Part shown: positions 1 through 11,798 of the stretch, in pieces
Layout: the number at the start of each line of letters is the position of its first letter
Position numbering within the stretch: the first letter of the stretch is position 1
NCBI GenBank assembly: GCA_964016885.1
Contig: CAXHJY010000795.1
Location: 1-64,000 of the forward strand
DNA: 64,000 bases
DNA from: Eledone cirrhosa
Taxonomy: Eukaryota
Reading direction: 5' to 3'
Program-made: the position numbers and the translations under genes
Notes under the pieces: model-generated
Databases searched by the model: none
What the model was told of the DNA's origin: nothing
The model's input: only the letters and a program-made list of their open reading frames with translations

Positions 1-338
1 TATATATATAAATATATATGTATGTATATATATATATGTATGTATATATATATATGTATGTATATATATATATGTATGTATATATATATATGTATGTATA
101 TATATATATGTATGTATATATATATATATGTATGTATATATATATATATATATGTATGTATATATATATATGTATGTATATATATATATATGTATGTATA
201 TATATATATATATGTATGTATATATATATATATGTATGTATATATATATATATATGTGTATATATATATATGTATGTATATATATATATATATGTATGTA
301 TATATATATATATATATATGTATGTATATATATATATA

Positions 339-370
<32 letters not shown>

Positions 371-384
371 GTATATATATATAT
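1..384. repeat. (TA)n/(TATG)n compound microsatellite
   Basis: Direct reading; the Y/I/M/V/C ORFs here are artefacts of the repeat. Confidence 0.97.
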
Positions 385-1030
385 TTATTAAATAACAGAT
401 TAAAGTTTAAGCAAAGAATCGCTGCTTTCACCCTTAACGGGATCTTCTGAAACTAACAAAGTCAATCTGTAAAAGCAGAACTGGATATTTCAAAAAACGT
501 TGCAACCGGAGGAAGACAGGAAGACGATACTTTGGTTCGTGGAAACGTTCGCTGGCAAAGAACGGGAAAAAACGAATAATACGTCATTAATAGGAGCGGT
601 GGAAAACAATTACGCGCAAAGACAGAACCACGGTCGTAGACTAATGTTCTCTTAGATGGTGCATAGAGACGTTCTCTGGCAATGAACGAAAAAACGAAGA
701 TAATAAGTCATATGTGGAGCGTGGAGAACAATAGCACGCAAAGACAAAACCACGTAAATGGTATAACTGAAGTCGTAGACTAAAATTCTAACTAGGAGAC
801 CAAATGAATCTCCGCTACAGAGTTAAGAACAAAGTAAATAAATACAATACAGAAGTAATAGAAATAAATAAATACATAACGCAAACAAAAACGTACATGC
901 ACAAGCATACGCAAAACCTTACCATAGGTATACAAAACCACGCACATATAAACATGTGTGTGTGTGTGTGTGCTTGTGTACAAATAAATAAATAATTATA
1001 TGAACGTATATAAGTAAATAAATACGTAGT
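385..1030 (-). mobile_element. Solo copy of the Penelope-like 3' repeat (pLTR-like module)
   Basis: Homologous to ~21237-21730, which lies directly downstream of the GIY-YIG ORF at 22250-22891, and to 43975-44140 in reverse. Ends in a hammerhead-like fold followed by AATAAA on the minus strand. Confidence 0.7.
396..469 (-). ncRNA. Candidate extended type I hammerhead ribozyme, variant core CAGAAGA
   Basis: Minus strand: CAGAUU-bulge-AGUUU CAGAAGA U CCC GUUAA GGG U GAAA GCA-loop-UGC UU AAACU UU AAUCUG. Stems I, II and III all pair; identical to 21250-21323. Confidence 0.6.
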
Positions 1031-1244
1031 ATGTATATATATGTATATATGTATGTATATATATGTATATATGTATGTATATATATGTATATATGTATGT
1101 ATATATATATATGTATGTATGTATATATATATGTATGTATATATATATGTATGTATGTATATATAGATGTATGTATGTATATATATATGTATGTATGTAT
1201 ATATATATATGTATGTATGTATATATATGTATGTATGTATATAT

Positions 1245-1278
<34 letters not shown>

Positions 1279-2242
1279 GTATGTATGTATATATATGTAT
1301 GTATGTATATGTATGTATGTATATATATGTATGTATGTATGTATATGTATGTATGTATATGTATGTATGTATATATATATATATGTATGTATGTATGTAT
1401 GTATATATATGTATGTATGTATATATATGTATGTATGTATGTATGTATATATGTATGTATATGTATGTATATATATGTATGTATGTATGTATATATATAT
1501 GTATGTATGTATATATATGTATGTATGTATATATATGTATGTATGTATCTATGTATGTATGTATATATGTATGTATGTATCTATGTATGTATGTATATAT
1601 GTATGTATGTATATATGTATGTATATATATATATATGTATATATGTATGTATATATATAAATGTATATATATATATGTATATATGTATATATATATATGT
1701 ATATATATATATGTATATATATGTATATGTATATAGTATGTATGTATATATGTATATAGTATGTATGTATATATATATGTATATAGTATGTATGTATATA
1801 TATATGTATATAGTATGTATTTATATATATATGTATATAGTATGTATGTATATATATATATATATATAGTATGTATATATATATATATATATATAGTATG
1901 TATATATATATATATATATATAGTATGTATATATATATATAGTATGTATATATATATATATATATATAGTATGTATATATATATATATAGTATGTATATA
2001 TATATATAGTATGTATATATATATATATATATATATATAGTATGTATATATGTATATATATATATAGTATGTATATATGTATATATATATATAGTATGTA
2101 TATATATATATATATATATAGTATGTATATATATATATATATATATAGTATGTATATATATATATAGTATGTATATATATATATATATATATATATAGTA
2201 TGTATATATATATATATATATATAGTATGTGTATATATATAG

Positions 2243-2277
<35 letters not shown>

Positions 2278-2336
2278 TGTATATAATATATATAGTATGT
2301 ATATATATATATTGTATGTATATACATATATATAGT

Positions 2337-2367
<31 letters not shown>

Positions 2368-2440
2368 ATATATATAAATAGTATGTATATATATATATAT
2401 ATATAAATAAATAATATGTATATATAAATAGTATGTATCT
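1031..2440. repeat. (TATG)n/(TA)n microsatellite grading into AGTATG(TA)n units
   Basis: Direct reading. Confidence 0.97.
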
Positions 2441-3338
2441 TCATCATCATCATCATCATCATCGTTTAACGTCCACGTTCCACACCTGCATGGGTTTGGA
2501 CGCGAGTTTTCCCACTTGAGGCAAGAGTGGTTGTCTTGCTCGCATAGGACTGTCTGGTGGGTTTTCTACAGCGGGATGCCCTTCCTAACACCAACCACAT
2601 TTACAGTGTGGGACTGGGAGGTTTTTACCGTGTTGCCTGCACGGCCACATTACAGCGTGGACTGTGTGTTTTTTTGTCGTGACACCTACACGATCTCATT
2701 TGTTTTGGCCTGGATGGCGCGGCACCAACATAACTTTACATTGAAAGGGGCGGTGTGGATGGGGTGGGGGTGGTGGGACGGGGGTGTATTTTGTTAGAGA
2801 TGCCTACTGACTGTAGTAGGTTTTACTTTGTATTTAGGTAAGGCGGGTCTTCTCTAATACTGAGTACCGCCAAAGGTCTCGGTCCAGTGACATTGTCTTG
2901 GAGAGGTGTAAGTGTGTGAGGTCGGAATTTATCAGCTCGTCCCAGGTTTTTCTGGGTCTGCCTACTCCGTGGCTACCGTCTATCTTTATTGCCCTGCACT
3001 TTGTTATACAGCTGTCGTCTTTCATGCACATCACGTGTCCATACCAACATAGCCTTCTCTCGAGTAAACAACATCTGATCCCTCTTATTTCCAATTTTTT
3101 CCTTAGTTCGTTTATGCTTTGCCGTTCACGTATGTTACTATTACACATCCAGCGGAGCATGCAAGCTTCCTTCCTCTCCAGTCTGCGTATATCCTCTGCA
3201 CACAATGCCCAGGTCTCACTGCCATGCAACATTGCTGTTCGTATGCAGGCATCATACAGCCTGCCTTTCATTTTTAGGGAGAACCCTTTAGCGGCTAATA
3301 GTGGTATAAGCTCTCTGAACCTTTTCCATCCAGTTCTG
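2441..3338 (-). mobile_element. 5'-truncated RTE LINE (family B) with 3' UTR and (GAT)n tail
   Basis: ORF end RTGWKRFRELIPLL...HGSETWAL...WYGHV...GRPRKTW...LEKTRLT* at 2834-3338 closely matches the C-terminus of the 14345 ORF; the tail starts at 2441. Confidence 0.92.
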
Positions 3339-3557
3339 TATATATTTATATGCATAAATAAATAGTATGTATATATATATAGTATGTATATATATATAGT
3401 ATGTATATATATATATATAGTATGTATATATATATATATAGTATGTATATATATATAGTATGTATATATATATAGTATGTATATATATATAGTATGTATA
3501 TATAAATAGTATGTATATATATATATAAATAGTATGTATATATATATAAATAGTATG

Positions 3558-3620
<63 letters not shown>

Positions 3621-3833
3621 TGTATATATATATATATCAATAGTATGTATATATATATATAAATTGTATGTATATATATATATATATATAGTATGTATAT
3701 ATAAATAGTATGTATATATATATAAATAGTATGTATATATATATATATATATATATATAGCATGCATATAGTATGTATATATATATAGCATGTATATATA
3801 TATAGCATGCATATAGTATGTATATATATATAG
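3339..3833. repeat. AGTATG(TA)n microsatellite
   Basis: Direct reading. Confidence 0.95.
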
Positions 3834-3872
<39 letters not shown>

Positions 3873-6800
3873 TCTACGTCCGCTTTTCCCTGCTTGCAAG
3901 GGTGGGACGGGTCTTATTCAGCACAGCATCTCTCCACTCATCACGGTCCCTCGTCATCTCCACCGTAAGCTTCAATGATCTGAGGTCTGTTCTCACCACC
4001 TCCGCCCATGTTTTTCGTGGTCTACCTCTACCACGTCTTCCTTCAACTGGCATTTCCTGGAACTTCTTCACCCATCGGTCGTCCTCCATGCTCATCACAT
4101 GTCCATACCACCTCAGTCTCCTCTCCCGTACACTACATTCTATCCCTCTCAGACACAGTTTCTCTCTCAACACATTTATGCTGGGTCGTTCACGCACATT
4201 TACACTGCACATCGAACGGAGCATGCTTGCCTCATTTCTCTCCAGCCGTCGCATATCCTCTGCGGTTGCTGCCCATGTCTCACTACCATGCAGCATCGCG
4301 CTCCTCACACAGGCATCATACAACCGGCCTTTCGTACGCAGGGAGAAACCCTTCTTCGTCAACAGAGGAAGCAGCTCCCTAAACTTCTTCCAACCCGTCC
4401 TTATTCTAGATACTATGGCCTCGGAACACCCTCCTCCCATGCTAATCTGATCTCCTAGGTACCGGAAGCTATCCACCACTTCTATAGCGCCCTCTCGCAT
4501 TTGAAAAATGTGTCTATCAGTGCGACTTCTACTGTCTAATTTCCCTGTACATCTACTGCATACATATTTCTCCCTACCTGTTAGTTTGCCTGCTATCCCG
4601 CTACATCTCTTGTGTACCCAGGACCTGCATTGTGTGCATTTTATAGAATTTATGCCAGTTCCTTTTCTGCATATCGAACATGGCCATTTCCCTGACGGAA
4701 TCAGGGTTTTGTCCTCTTTTCTACTCATCAACACTTTTGTCTTAGCTAGATTTACTCTCAGTCCTCTTGCTTCCAACTGCTGTTTCCATAGCCGGAATTT
4801 ATTCTCTAGCTCCTCTACTGATTCTGCTATAAGAGCCAGATCGTCAGCATAGAGAAGTTCCCATCGACAGCCAGTCTTAAACTCCTCTGTTATGGCTTGG
4901 AGGACTATAATGAACAAGAGCGGGCTGAGGACCGAACACTGATGTACTCCTACTTGTATCTGGAATTCCTCACTAAACTCCATTTCTACCCTGACTTTAC
5001 TGAGAGTACCTCTGTACAAAGTTTGCACTGTCCTCACAAGCCATTCCTCAACACCTAGCTTCCTTAGGGACCACCAGATGACAGATCGGGGTACCCTATC
5101 AAAGGCCTTCTCTACATCAACAAAGGCTAAGTATAGTGGCTTATTCTTCTCTAAGAACCTCTCTTGCATTTGTCTCACCAAGAAGAGGGCATCTGTTGTA
5201 CTCTTCCCAGGCACAAAACCAAACTGCATCTCATCTAGTTTGACCCTTTCTCTAATTAGTTGTGCTAAAATCCTTTCTGCCACTTTCATAACCTGATCTA
5301 TCAGTTTTATACCCCTATAACTGCTCCTCTCCAAAGCATCCCCTTTACCTTTGTAGCAATTTATGAGAATACTGCTGCACCAGTCTTTGGGTATGACACC
5401 ACCATATATAGCCTGATTGATGATGCGTGCAACCAGTTTAGTGCCTACGTCCTCTGATGCCTTCAGCATCTCAGCAACTATTCCCGATGGTCCGGCCGCC
5501 TTACCATTTTTCATTTCCCTAATCGCCTCTTGGACCCTATATTCGTCAATCTCAATAGCTGGTCCCTCTGTCGGATCTACCAAGGGTAATTTCTCTCTCT
5601 CCCATTCTTTCTCCACATTCATCAGTCTCTCATAATGACATTTCCAGGCCTCCTTTTTCTGGTCATTCGTGACACTAAGTACACCGGCATCATCCCGGAC
5701 ACATTTATCTCCAACAACATCCTGATTTGCATTGACACACTGCCTTGCAATGTGGAACACCGCACGCCTCTGATCTTCCCGTCGCAGAACATTGGCAAAC
5801 CTCCTACTCTCTGCCTCCCTGAGTGCTAAGTACACCTGACGTCTAGCTTCTCTCTTAGTGGCTGTATATTCTTCCCTACTCCCACCCTTTTTCCAAGCCT
5901 TCCATGCTAGTCTTTTGTCTCTAATAGCCTTATCTACTGTGCTGTTCCACCACCAGGTCACTCTCTGTCTGGTTGGAGCTCTGCTCCAGCCACAAGTTTC
6001 ATCAGTAGCCTGCAGCAAATTGTCACGTAAGAACTTGCAGTTATTATCTATGTCATACGTCTCTAAATCGTCTTCTTTTTCGTCATATACATCTTGAAGG
6101 GCTTTCCTAAATTTGTATTTTAGTGAAAGGTCTTTTAGCTTCCAAACCTTTCTTCTCCACATCTTCCTATATGTCTCATTCCATCTCTTGCTTACTGAGA
6201 TATCACTAACAACTAACCTATGCTGTGGGGTACATTCTTCCCCAGGGTATGCCTTGGTATTAGACACTATCTGCCTGTCCCGCTGCCTAACTAGCAGGAA
6301 GTCAATCTGGCTTATGTGCTCACCAGATTTGTAGGTTATTAGGTGATTGGCAGGTTTCTGGAAGTTTGTGTTGCAAATAGTCAATGTACTTGCATCACAA
6401 AATTCAAGAAGTCTCACTCCTTCTTCATTTCTTGAACCGTAACCGTGCCCACCATGTACCCCAGTGTAACCATCCTGGAGCTGTCCAACATGACCATTGA
6501 AGTCTCCTGCTAGCATAACGATGTCTCCGTCCTCTGTCATTGTGGTTGTTTGCAAAAGTTGCTCATAAAAGCAGTCTTTCTCATCTTTGCCTAGGCCTGC
6601 TTGGGGAGCATAGACCGAGATGATTGTCAGTAGTCTCCTACCTACAACTAATCTAAGCTTAATTATTCGATTACTAACTCGAACTACCTCTATTGTCTTA
6701 TTGATCCATTTCTCAGCCAGGAAAATGCCTACACCCCCTAACCCATCATCCTTACCTACCCAGAATAGCTTATAGCTAAGACGCTTGCCTACGACTAGTC

Positions 6801-7135
6801 TCGCAGAGGCACCTCTCCATCTCACCTCTTGCACGCAGCACACATCCACCTGCCTTCTCTCCAGCATCTCCGCTATTTCAGCAGATCTACCTCTGAGAGT
6901 GCCAACATTAAGTGTTGCAACTCTGAGATGCGATGTCTTCATATTTTTCTATGCTGTTTTGTTGCTGTGCTGATAAGCTTTTTGGCATTGATACACTGGT
7001 TGGATGCCCTTCCTAACACCAGCGCCACTTTACAGCATGGACTGGGTGCTTTTATTTGTGCCACCAGCACTAGAGAGGATGTCTTACTAGACTCAGGGGC
7101 CCTCTCTACCCCTCCATTTTACAGCATGGTCATTA
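3834..7135 (-). mobile_element. Near full-length RTE-clade LINE (family A)
   Basis: Single APE+RT ORF whose stop codon runs straight into a (GAT)n tail. The ~190 bp 5' UTR carries a GGTGTTAGGAAGGGCATCCA box. Confidence 0.93.
3874..6942 (-). CDS. RTE LINE protein, 1022 aa: APE endonuclease + reverse transcriptase + PHD-like zinc finger
   Basis: Motifs: TLNVGTL, CCVQE, SVYAPQ, GDFNGHVG, QIDF, KAAGPSGI, YRGIKL, QFGF, DVEKAFD, YADD, YLG, HGSETW, WYGHV. The conserved QG of RT motif B' reads QC (HQCSVLSP). Confidence 0.92.
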   Translation of the reverse strand: MKTSHLRVATLNVGTLRGRSAEIAEMLERRQVDVCCVQEVRWRGASARLVVGKRLSYKLFWVGKDDGLGGVGIFLAEKWINKTIEVVRVSNRIIKLRLVVGRRLLTIISVYAPQAGLGKDEKDCFYEQLLQTTTMTEDGDIVMLAGDFNGHVGQLQDGYTGVHGGHGYGSRNEEGVRLLEFCDASTLTICNTNFQKPANHLITYKSGEHISQIDFLLVRQRDRQIVSNTKAYPGEECTPQHRLVVSDISVSKRWNETYRKMWRRKVWKLKDLSLKYKFRKALQDVYDEKEDDLETYDIDNNCKFLRDNLLQATDETCGWSRAPTRQRVTWWWNSTVDKAIRDKRLAWKAWKKGGSREEYTATKREARRQVYLALREAESRRFANVLRREDQRRAVFHIARQCVNANQDVVGDKCVRDDAGVLSVTNDQKKEAWKCHYERLMNVEKEWEREKLPLVDPTEGPAIEIDEYRVQEAIREMKNGKAAGPSGIVAEMLKASEDVGTKLVARIINQAIYGGVIPKDWCSSILINCYKGKGDALERSSYRGIKLIDQVMKVAERILAQLIRERVKLDEMQFGFVPGKSTTDALFLVRQMQERFLEKNKPLYLAFVDVEKAFDRVPRSVIWWSLRKLGVEEWLVRTVQTLYRGTLSKVRVEMEFSEEFQIQVGVHQCSVLSPLLFIIVLQAITEEFKTGCRWELLYADDLALIAESVEELENKFRLWKQQLEARGLRVNLAKTKVLMSRKEDKTLIPSGKWPCSICRKGTGINSIKCTQCRSWVHKRCSGIAGKLTGREKYVCSRCTGKLDSRSRTDRHIFQMREGAIEVVDSFRYLGDQISMGGGCSEAIVSRIRTGWKKFRELLPLLTKKGFSLRTKGRLYDACVRSAMLHGSETWAATAEDMRRLERNEASMLRSMCSVNVRERPSINVLREKLCLRGIECSVRERRLRWYGHVMSMEDDRWVKKFQEMPVEGRRGRGRPRKTWAEVVRTDLRSLKLTVEMTRDRDEWRDAVLNKTRPTLASREKRT

Positions 7136-8016
7136 AAAAAAAAAAAAAAAAAAAAATTTATTGACACGACTCACACACCAATACTCATGTATACAAACTA
7201 CAACCACACATACCAACACTCATTCATGCATACAATCACACACACCACTCACAAACACATATATTACCGACAGTACTGATACAAAATCAAAATCAAAATC
7301 AAAATCGTCAAAATCACTATCATGTCAACTGTTGACCTTTCCCAGTCCAGTTCGGCTTGTATATAATAACAATAACAATAATAATTGTTTGCTTTACGCT
7401 GGTAATGGCGGTGGTGGATGGTGTCAGTGTGGTGGTGGTGGATGGTATCAGCGTGGTGGTGGTGGATGGTCAGTGATGGTGGTTGCAGTTGTTGGTGCTG
7501 TAGTTGTTATTGTAGTTGTTGTCGTTGTTGCTGCTGCTGTTGCTGCAGACAATGGTGTTGATGCTGTTATTGCTGTCGCATATATACAAATACATACACA
7601 CACACATTCAACACAGACGATGGTGTTGTTGCTGTTGTTGTTGTTGGTGTTGGTGTTGCTGCTGTTGTTGTTGTAGTTGTTGCTGTGTTGAAATCTGGTC
7701 GCATCCACTGAGATATACATATACACACACATACACATATGTATATACACATACATACATCAAAAGATAGTCAGCAGTATGTCAACAGGGGACAGGACAG
7801 CGACCTTAGAGTAATGTGGTGATGGTGGGGAGCGAGTGTAGGCGTTATTGTTATTGTGGTGACGGGGGGGTCAGTGAGATGTTACAAGTTCATAGATCAC
7901 TTCTCTCTTTTCCTCTCTCTTCAAAATTTTGAATTTATGGCCTTTTGCAATGGCGGACAAGTATATATAATATATATATATGAAGCAAAGAAAAGAAAAT
8001 TTTCACTGATACGGAA

Positions 8017-8322
8017 GATTTCCTGGTAGAAGTTCAGGTGTATTCAGTGATTGGTATCCAGTTTCGGGGTATCCAATTAGAAAATCCAACGAATCTTTAA
8101 GAGGGGTCCACGCAAGCATTGATATATATATATGTATATATATAAAATGCAAGCAGAAATAACAACGAAAGATTTCCTGGTAGAGGTTCAGGTGTATTCA
8201 GTGTTGGTATCCAGTGTCGGGGTATCCAATTAGAAAATCCAACGAATTTTTTGAGAGGGGTCCACGCAAGCATATATATAGATATATATATGTATATATG
8301 CAAAATGCAAGCAGAAATAACA
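8017..8322. repeat. Two diverged tandem copies of a ~155 bp unit
   Basis: GATTTCCTGGTAGARGTTCAGGTGTATTCAGTG...GGGGTCCACGCAAGCAT...AAATGCAAGCAGAAATAACAAC starts at ~8017 and again at 8171. Confidence 0.85.
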
Positions 8323-8539
8323 ACACATATACTAATGAACATACATTAAACACAGAGGGACTGTAAATGATAATAGCAATATCTAGATATAAATATATAA
8401 ATGTACATATCTCTATTGGTCTCATAAATTTTAAATTTCTCTTTCCTCTTGTGTGTGTGTGTTGCTGCTGACTCTAGCAGAGCCCAAGAAAATACGTCTT
8501 ACCCTAACAGCCGCTGCTCCCTGAAATATAGTATGTATA

Positions 8540-11039
8540 TAACTTTGAATAACTTTGAAATGTTTTGACCAGTATTGGCACAGGCCATGTCTAACTTAAT
8601 AGCACCACCTGGCGAAGTCTTTCAATTCAGGATTTGGGCACCATGGCCCATTCGAGAAGAGAAGTACTGTTTGCGGAGACATATCCGGGTGTGGGTGGTT
8701 TGTCTGGGATTACTTGGAGGAATTTGTCGAAAGACTTCTTGAATTTTGTGTGGTCAGTTTCTGTTTTGACGTGTCCTGGTGTGATGTTGAAGAGAGCAGG
8801 GCCAATTGAGGTGAAGTAATTGTGCCGTATTGTTGTTATGAGTTGTGATTTAGATTTTTGTTTGGGACAGATAGCACGGGGCCCAAGCCTTGGGTGTATC
8901 TTGAAGGTGATGCCAACATCATTTGAGCAGTGCTGATGAAACATTTTCCACATCATGCAGATAATATAACGCTCACGGCGACGTTGGAGTGAGTAAAGTT
9001 TCAGCTTTTCTAGTCGACCCCAGTAGTGATTGCCCTTTGGAGAGCTTCAAGTTTCATGATACTTTGTTTCGTGTGGGGAGACCACAGTGGACAACAGTAT
9101 TCAAGGTGTGGTCGGGCAAAAGTGGAGAAGAGAAGGATAATGGTGTGGGAATCTCTCGACTGGAAGGTTCTGAGGATCCAGGAACACATTCTGCGGGCCA
9201 TGTCAACTTTGCTGCTTATATGCGTGGCCCAGCTTATGTTGCTGTCCACGGTTACTCCCAAGTCTCTGATGTTGTTAGATGCCACGAGAGTTTCACCGGA
9301 GGGAAGGGAGTACGGGAGTTTCAGAGCATCCTCTTTTCCAAAGTGGATCAGTTCGAATTTGTCTTCGTTCAGTAACATGTTGTTCTTTTCCGCCCATTGG
9401 GTAACAGCCAGTAGGTCTGACTGAAGGCTTATCCGGTCATCCACGCCATTGATGACATTTTGGAGCTTGGAATCATCAGCGAAAATTCTAATGTTGCTGT
9501 GTTTGATGATGTCAGTGATGTCATTAATATAGATGATTAAGAGAAGTGGGCCCAACACAGTGCCTTGTGGGACCCCACTACTGATTTTGGCTGGGCTGGA
9601 TTTGACTCCTTCGACTACAACATGTTGGGTTCTGTTTGACAGGAAGCTCTTGATCCACTGCAGCAGCTTTCCAGTGACACCAATATTGGACAGCTTTCTC
9701 AGTAGAATGTTGTGATCAACCCTGTCAAAGGCCTTGCTGAAATCAAGGTAGATAACATCAGTGTTGGAACCCTCTCCCAAGGCTCTTAAAATGTCATCAA
9801 AGTGATGCAGTAGCTGCGTCAGGCAATCCCTTCCATTACGGAATCCATGCTGATTGGAGTTCAGCATATTGTTACTCTCAAGAAAGTGAGTCATTCGCCA
9901 TCTCACCACTCTCTCAAATACCTTAATGATATGAGAGGTGAGTGAGATTGGACGGTAATTCACGGCAAGAGATTTGTTTCCTTTTTTGAAAACTGGGACA
10001 ATAGACTGGGATAGAAGGTTTTTTGGCACATATCCAGCATACAGTGAGTTCTGTCACAGATTGGCAAGAGGAGATGCAAGTTGGTGTTGACACGCCTTCA
10101 AGACACAAGCAGGGAACCTATCGGGACCTACTGCTGAATTATGCTTGATTTCCTTTATTGCCGCTAAGACATCAGGGGCGCCAAACGTTATGTCCGATAA
10201 GGTGTAATGGAGAGTAACATCGCCGATAAAGCCCAGATCGGCCATATCAGGATTGCTGAAAACAGAGCAGTATTGTTTCTGCAGTATCTCACCCATTTTC
10301 ATCAATTAGAGGGCCAACAGTAGAGCCAGAGATTTTGTGTTTTTTTGTAAATGAAAAGAACACTTTGGGATTGAGTTTGATCTTCTCAATGGCCCAGGCC
10401 TCTTCAGCTCTTCTCTGATTGTTGATAATAGACATCATATTGTTTTGGAGGTTATGTTTTTTAATCTCTAGTGATGAAATGGCAGTCAAGTTGATGTGTT
10501 GCTGCTGACAGTATTTCAGCTTGTTGATTTTTTTGTTAGTTCTCTTAATTTTCCTGATGAGCGTTTTTCTATTTCTAGGGATTCTGCTCTTAGATTTGTT
10601 TATAGTTCTTAATGGGGTGTGTTTTGCACATATGTTTGTAACAGTGTCCACAAATGTCTGCCAGGACTTTTTGATGTTAGTGGGTGTGTGAGTGTGCGTG
10701 AAGGACCAGTCGACATGTGCAAGATCATGACTGATCGCTTCCCAGTTTGCTTTGTGGAAATCCATAGCGTCAAACGGATGGACAGGAGAGATGACATTGG
10801 GTTTGTATATTGGATTGTGGAATCTCAGATCACAGAGAACCATGTCATGATCAGAGAGTAGAGTTTTCTCCACTGCAATATTGTGGATAGTGTCAGTGTG
10901 ATTGCTGAACATTAAGACTAGGACGTTTTTGTGGCACCTCATTGGTTCGAGCACCAGTTGGGACAGGAAGAAATCATCCATGAAGTCAAGAAGCGATTCC
11001 GCTGCTTCCCTGTCAGAGGTTGAGGCAGAAGAACCTGGT
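8540..11039 (-). pseudogene. 5'-truncated, frameshifted CR1-group (CR1/L2/Daphne-like) LINE ORF2
   Basis: Fragments 10289-11039 (end of endonuclease, SDH), 10054-10305, 9010-10029 (NYRPISLTS, QHGF, DFSKAFD, GVPQGTVLGP, FADD, RDLGV, LEYCCPLWSP) and 8627-8956. Short tandem tail (TTCAAAGTTA). Confidence 0.9.
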
Positions 11040-11195
11040 ATGTATATATATATACATAGTATATATATATATATATACATAGTATGTATATATATATATA
11101 GTATGTATATATATAGTATGTATATATATATATATAGTATGTATATATATATATATATATACATATATATATAGTATGTGTATATATATATATAT

Positions 11196-11445
11196 ATCAA
11201 GTAAGTATGTTTTGAAACAGTGAGCGAGTTTGAAATTAGAAAATATATAGCTTTCACCGTATTTTGACTAGAGGAATTTTTTTAGTTTGATAACGGGGTT
11301 TAGAACCCTCAGATAAATGGAAAAGGATGAGTATTGACGTCATGTACGCCCATGTACGTCAATACTCATCTTTTTCCATTTATCTGAGGGTTCTAAACCC
11401 CGTTATCAAACTAAAAAAATTCCTTTAGTCAAAATACGGTGAAAG
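11196..11445. mobile_element. Palindromic hairpin element (~95 bp arms) with a one-sided ~55 bp tail, in (TA)n
   Basis: 11251-11344 is a near-perfect reverse complement of 11351-11445. Confidence 0.8.
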
Positions 11446-11548
11446 ATATATATATATATATATATAGTATGTGTGTATATATATATATATATAGTGTGTG
11501 TATATATATATATATATATATAGTATGTGTATATATATATATATATAG

Positions 11549-11580
<32 letters not shown>

Positions 11581-11798
11581 GTATGTGTATATATATATAG
11601 TATGTGTATATATAGTATATATATATATAGTATGTATATATATATATATATATAGTATGTATATATATATATATATATATATATAGTACGTATACATATA
11701 TATATATATATATAGTATGTATATATATATAGTATGTATATATATATATATACATATATATATAGTATGTATATATATAGTATGTATATATATACATA

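Noticed and set aside
18-2462. Long Y/I/M/C/V/H/T-rich ORFs here and throughout the window
   Set aside because: Translations of (TA)n, (TATG)n and (CA)n tracts, which lack stop codons; not genes.
3818-6973. Plus-strand ORFs over the RTE, and similar antisense ORFs over other LINEs
   Set aside because: Shadow frames of the LINE ORF with no recognisable motifs.
7161-7770. Gly/Val/Thr-rich ORFs
   Set aside because: Products of GGT/GTT/GCT triplet microsatellites.
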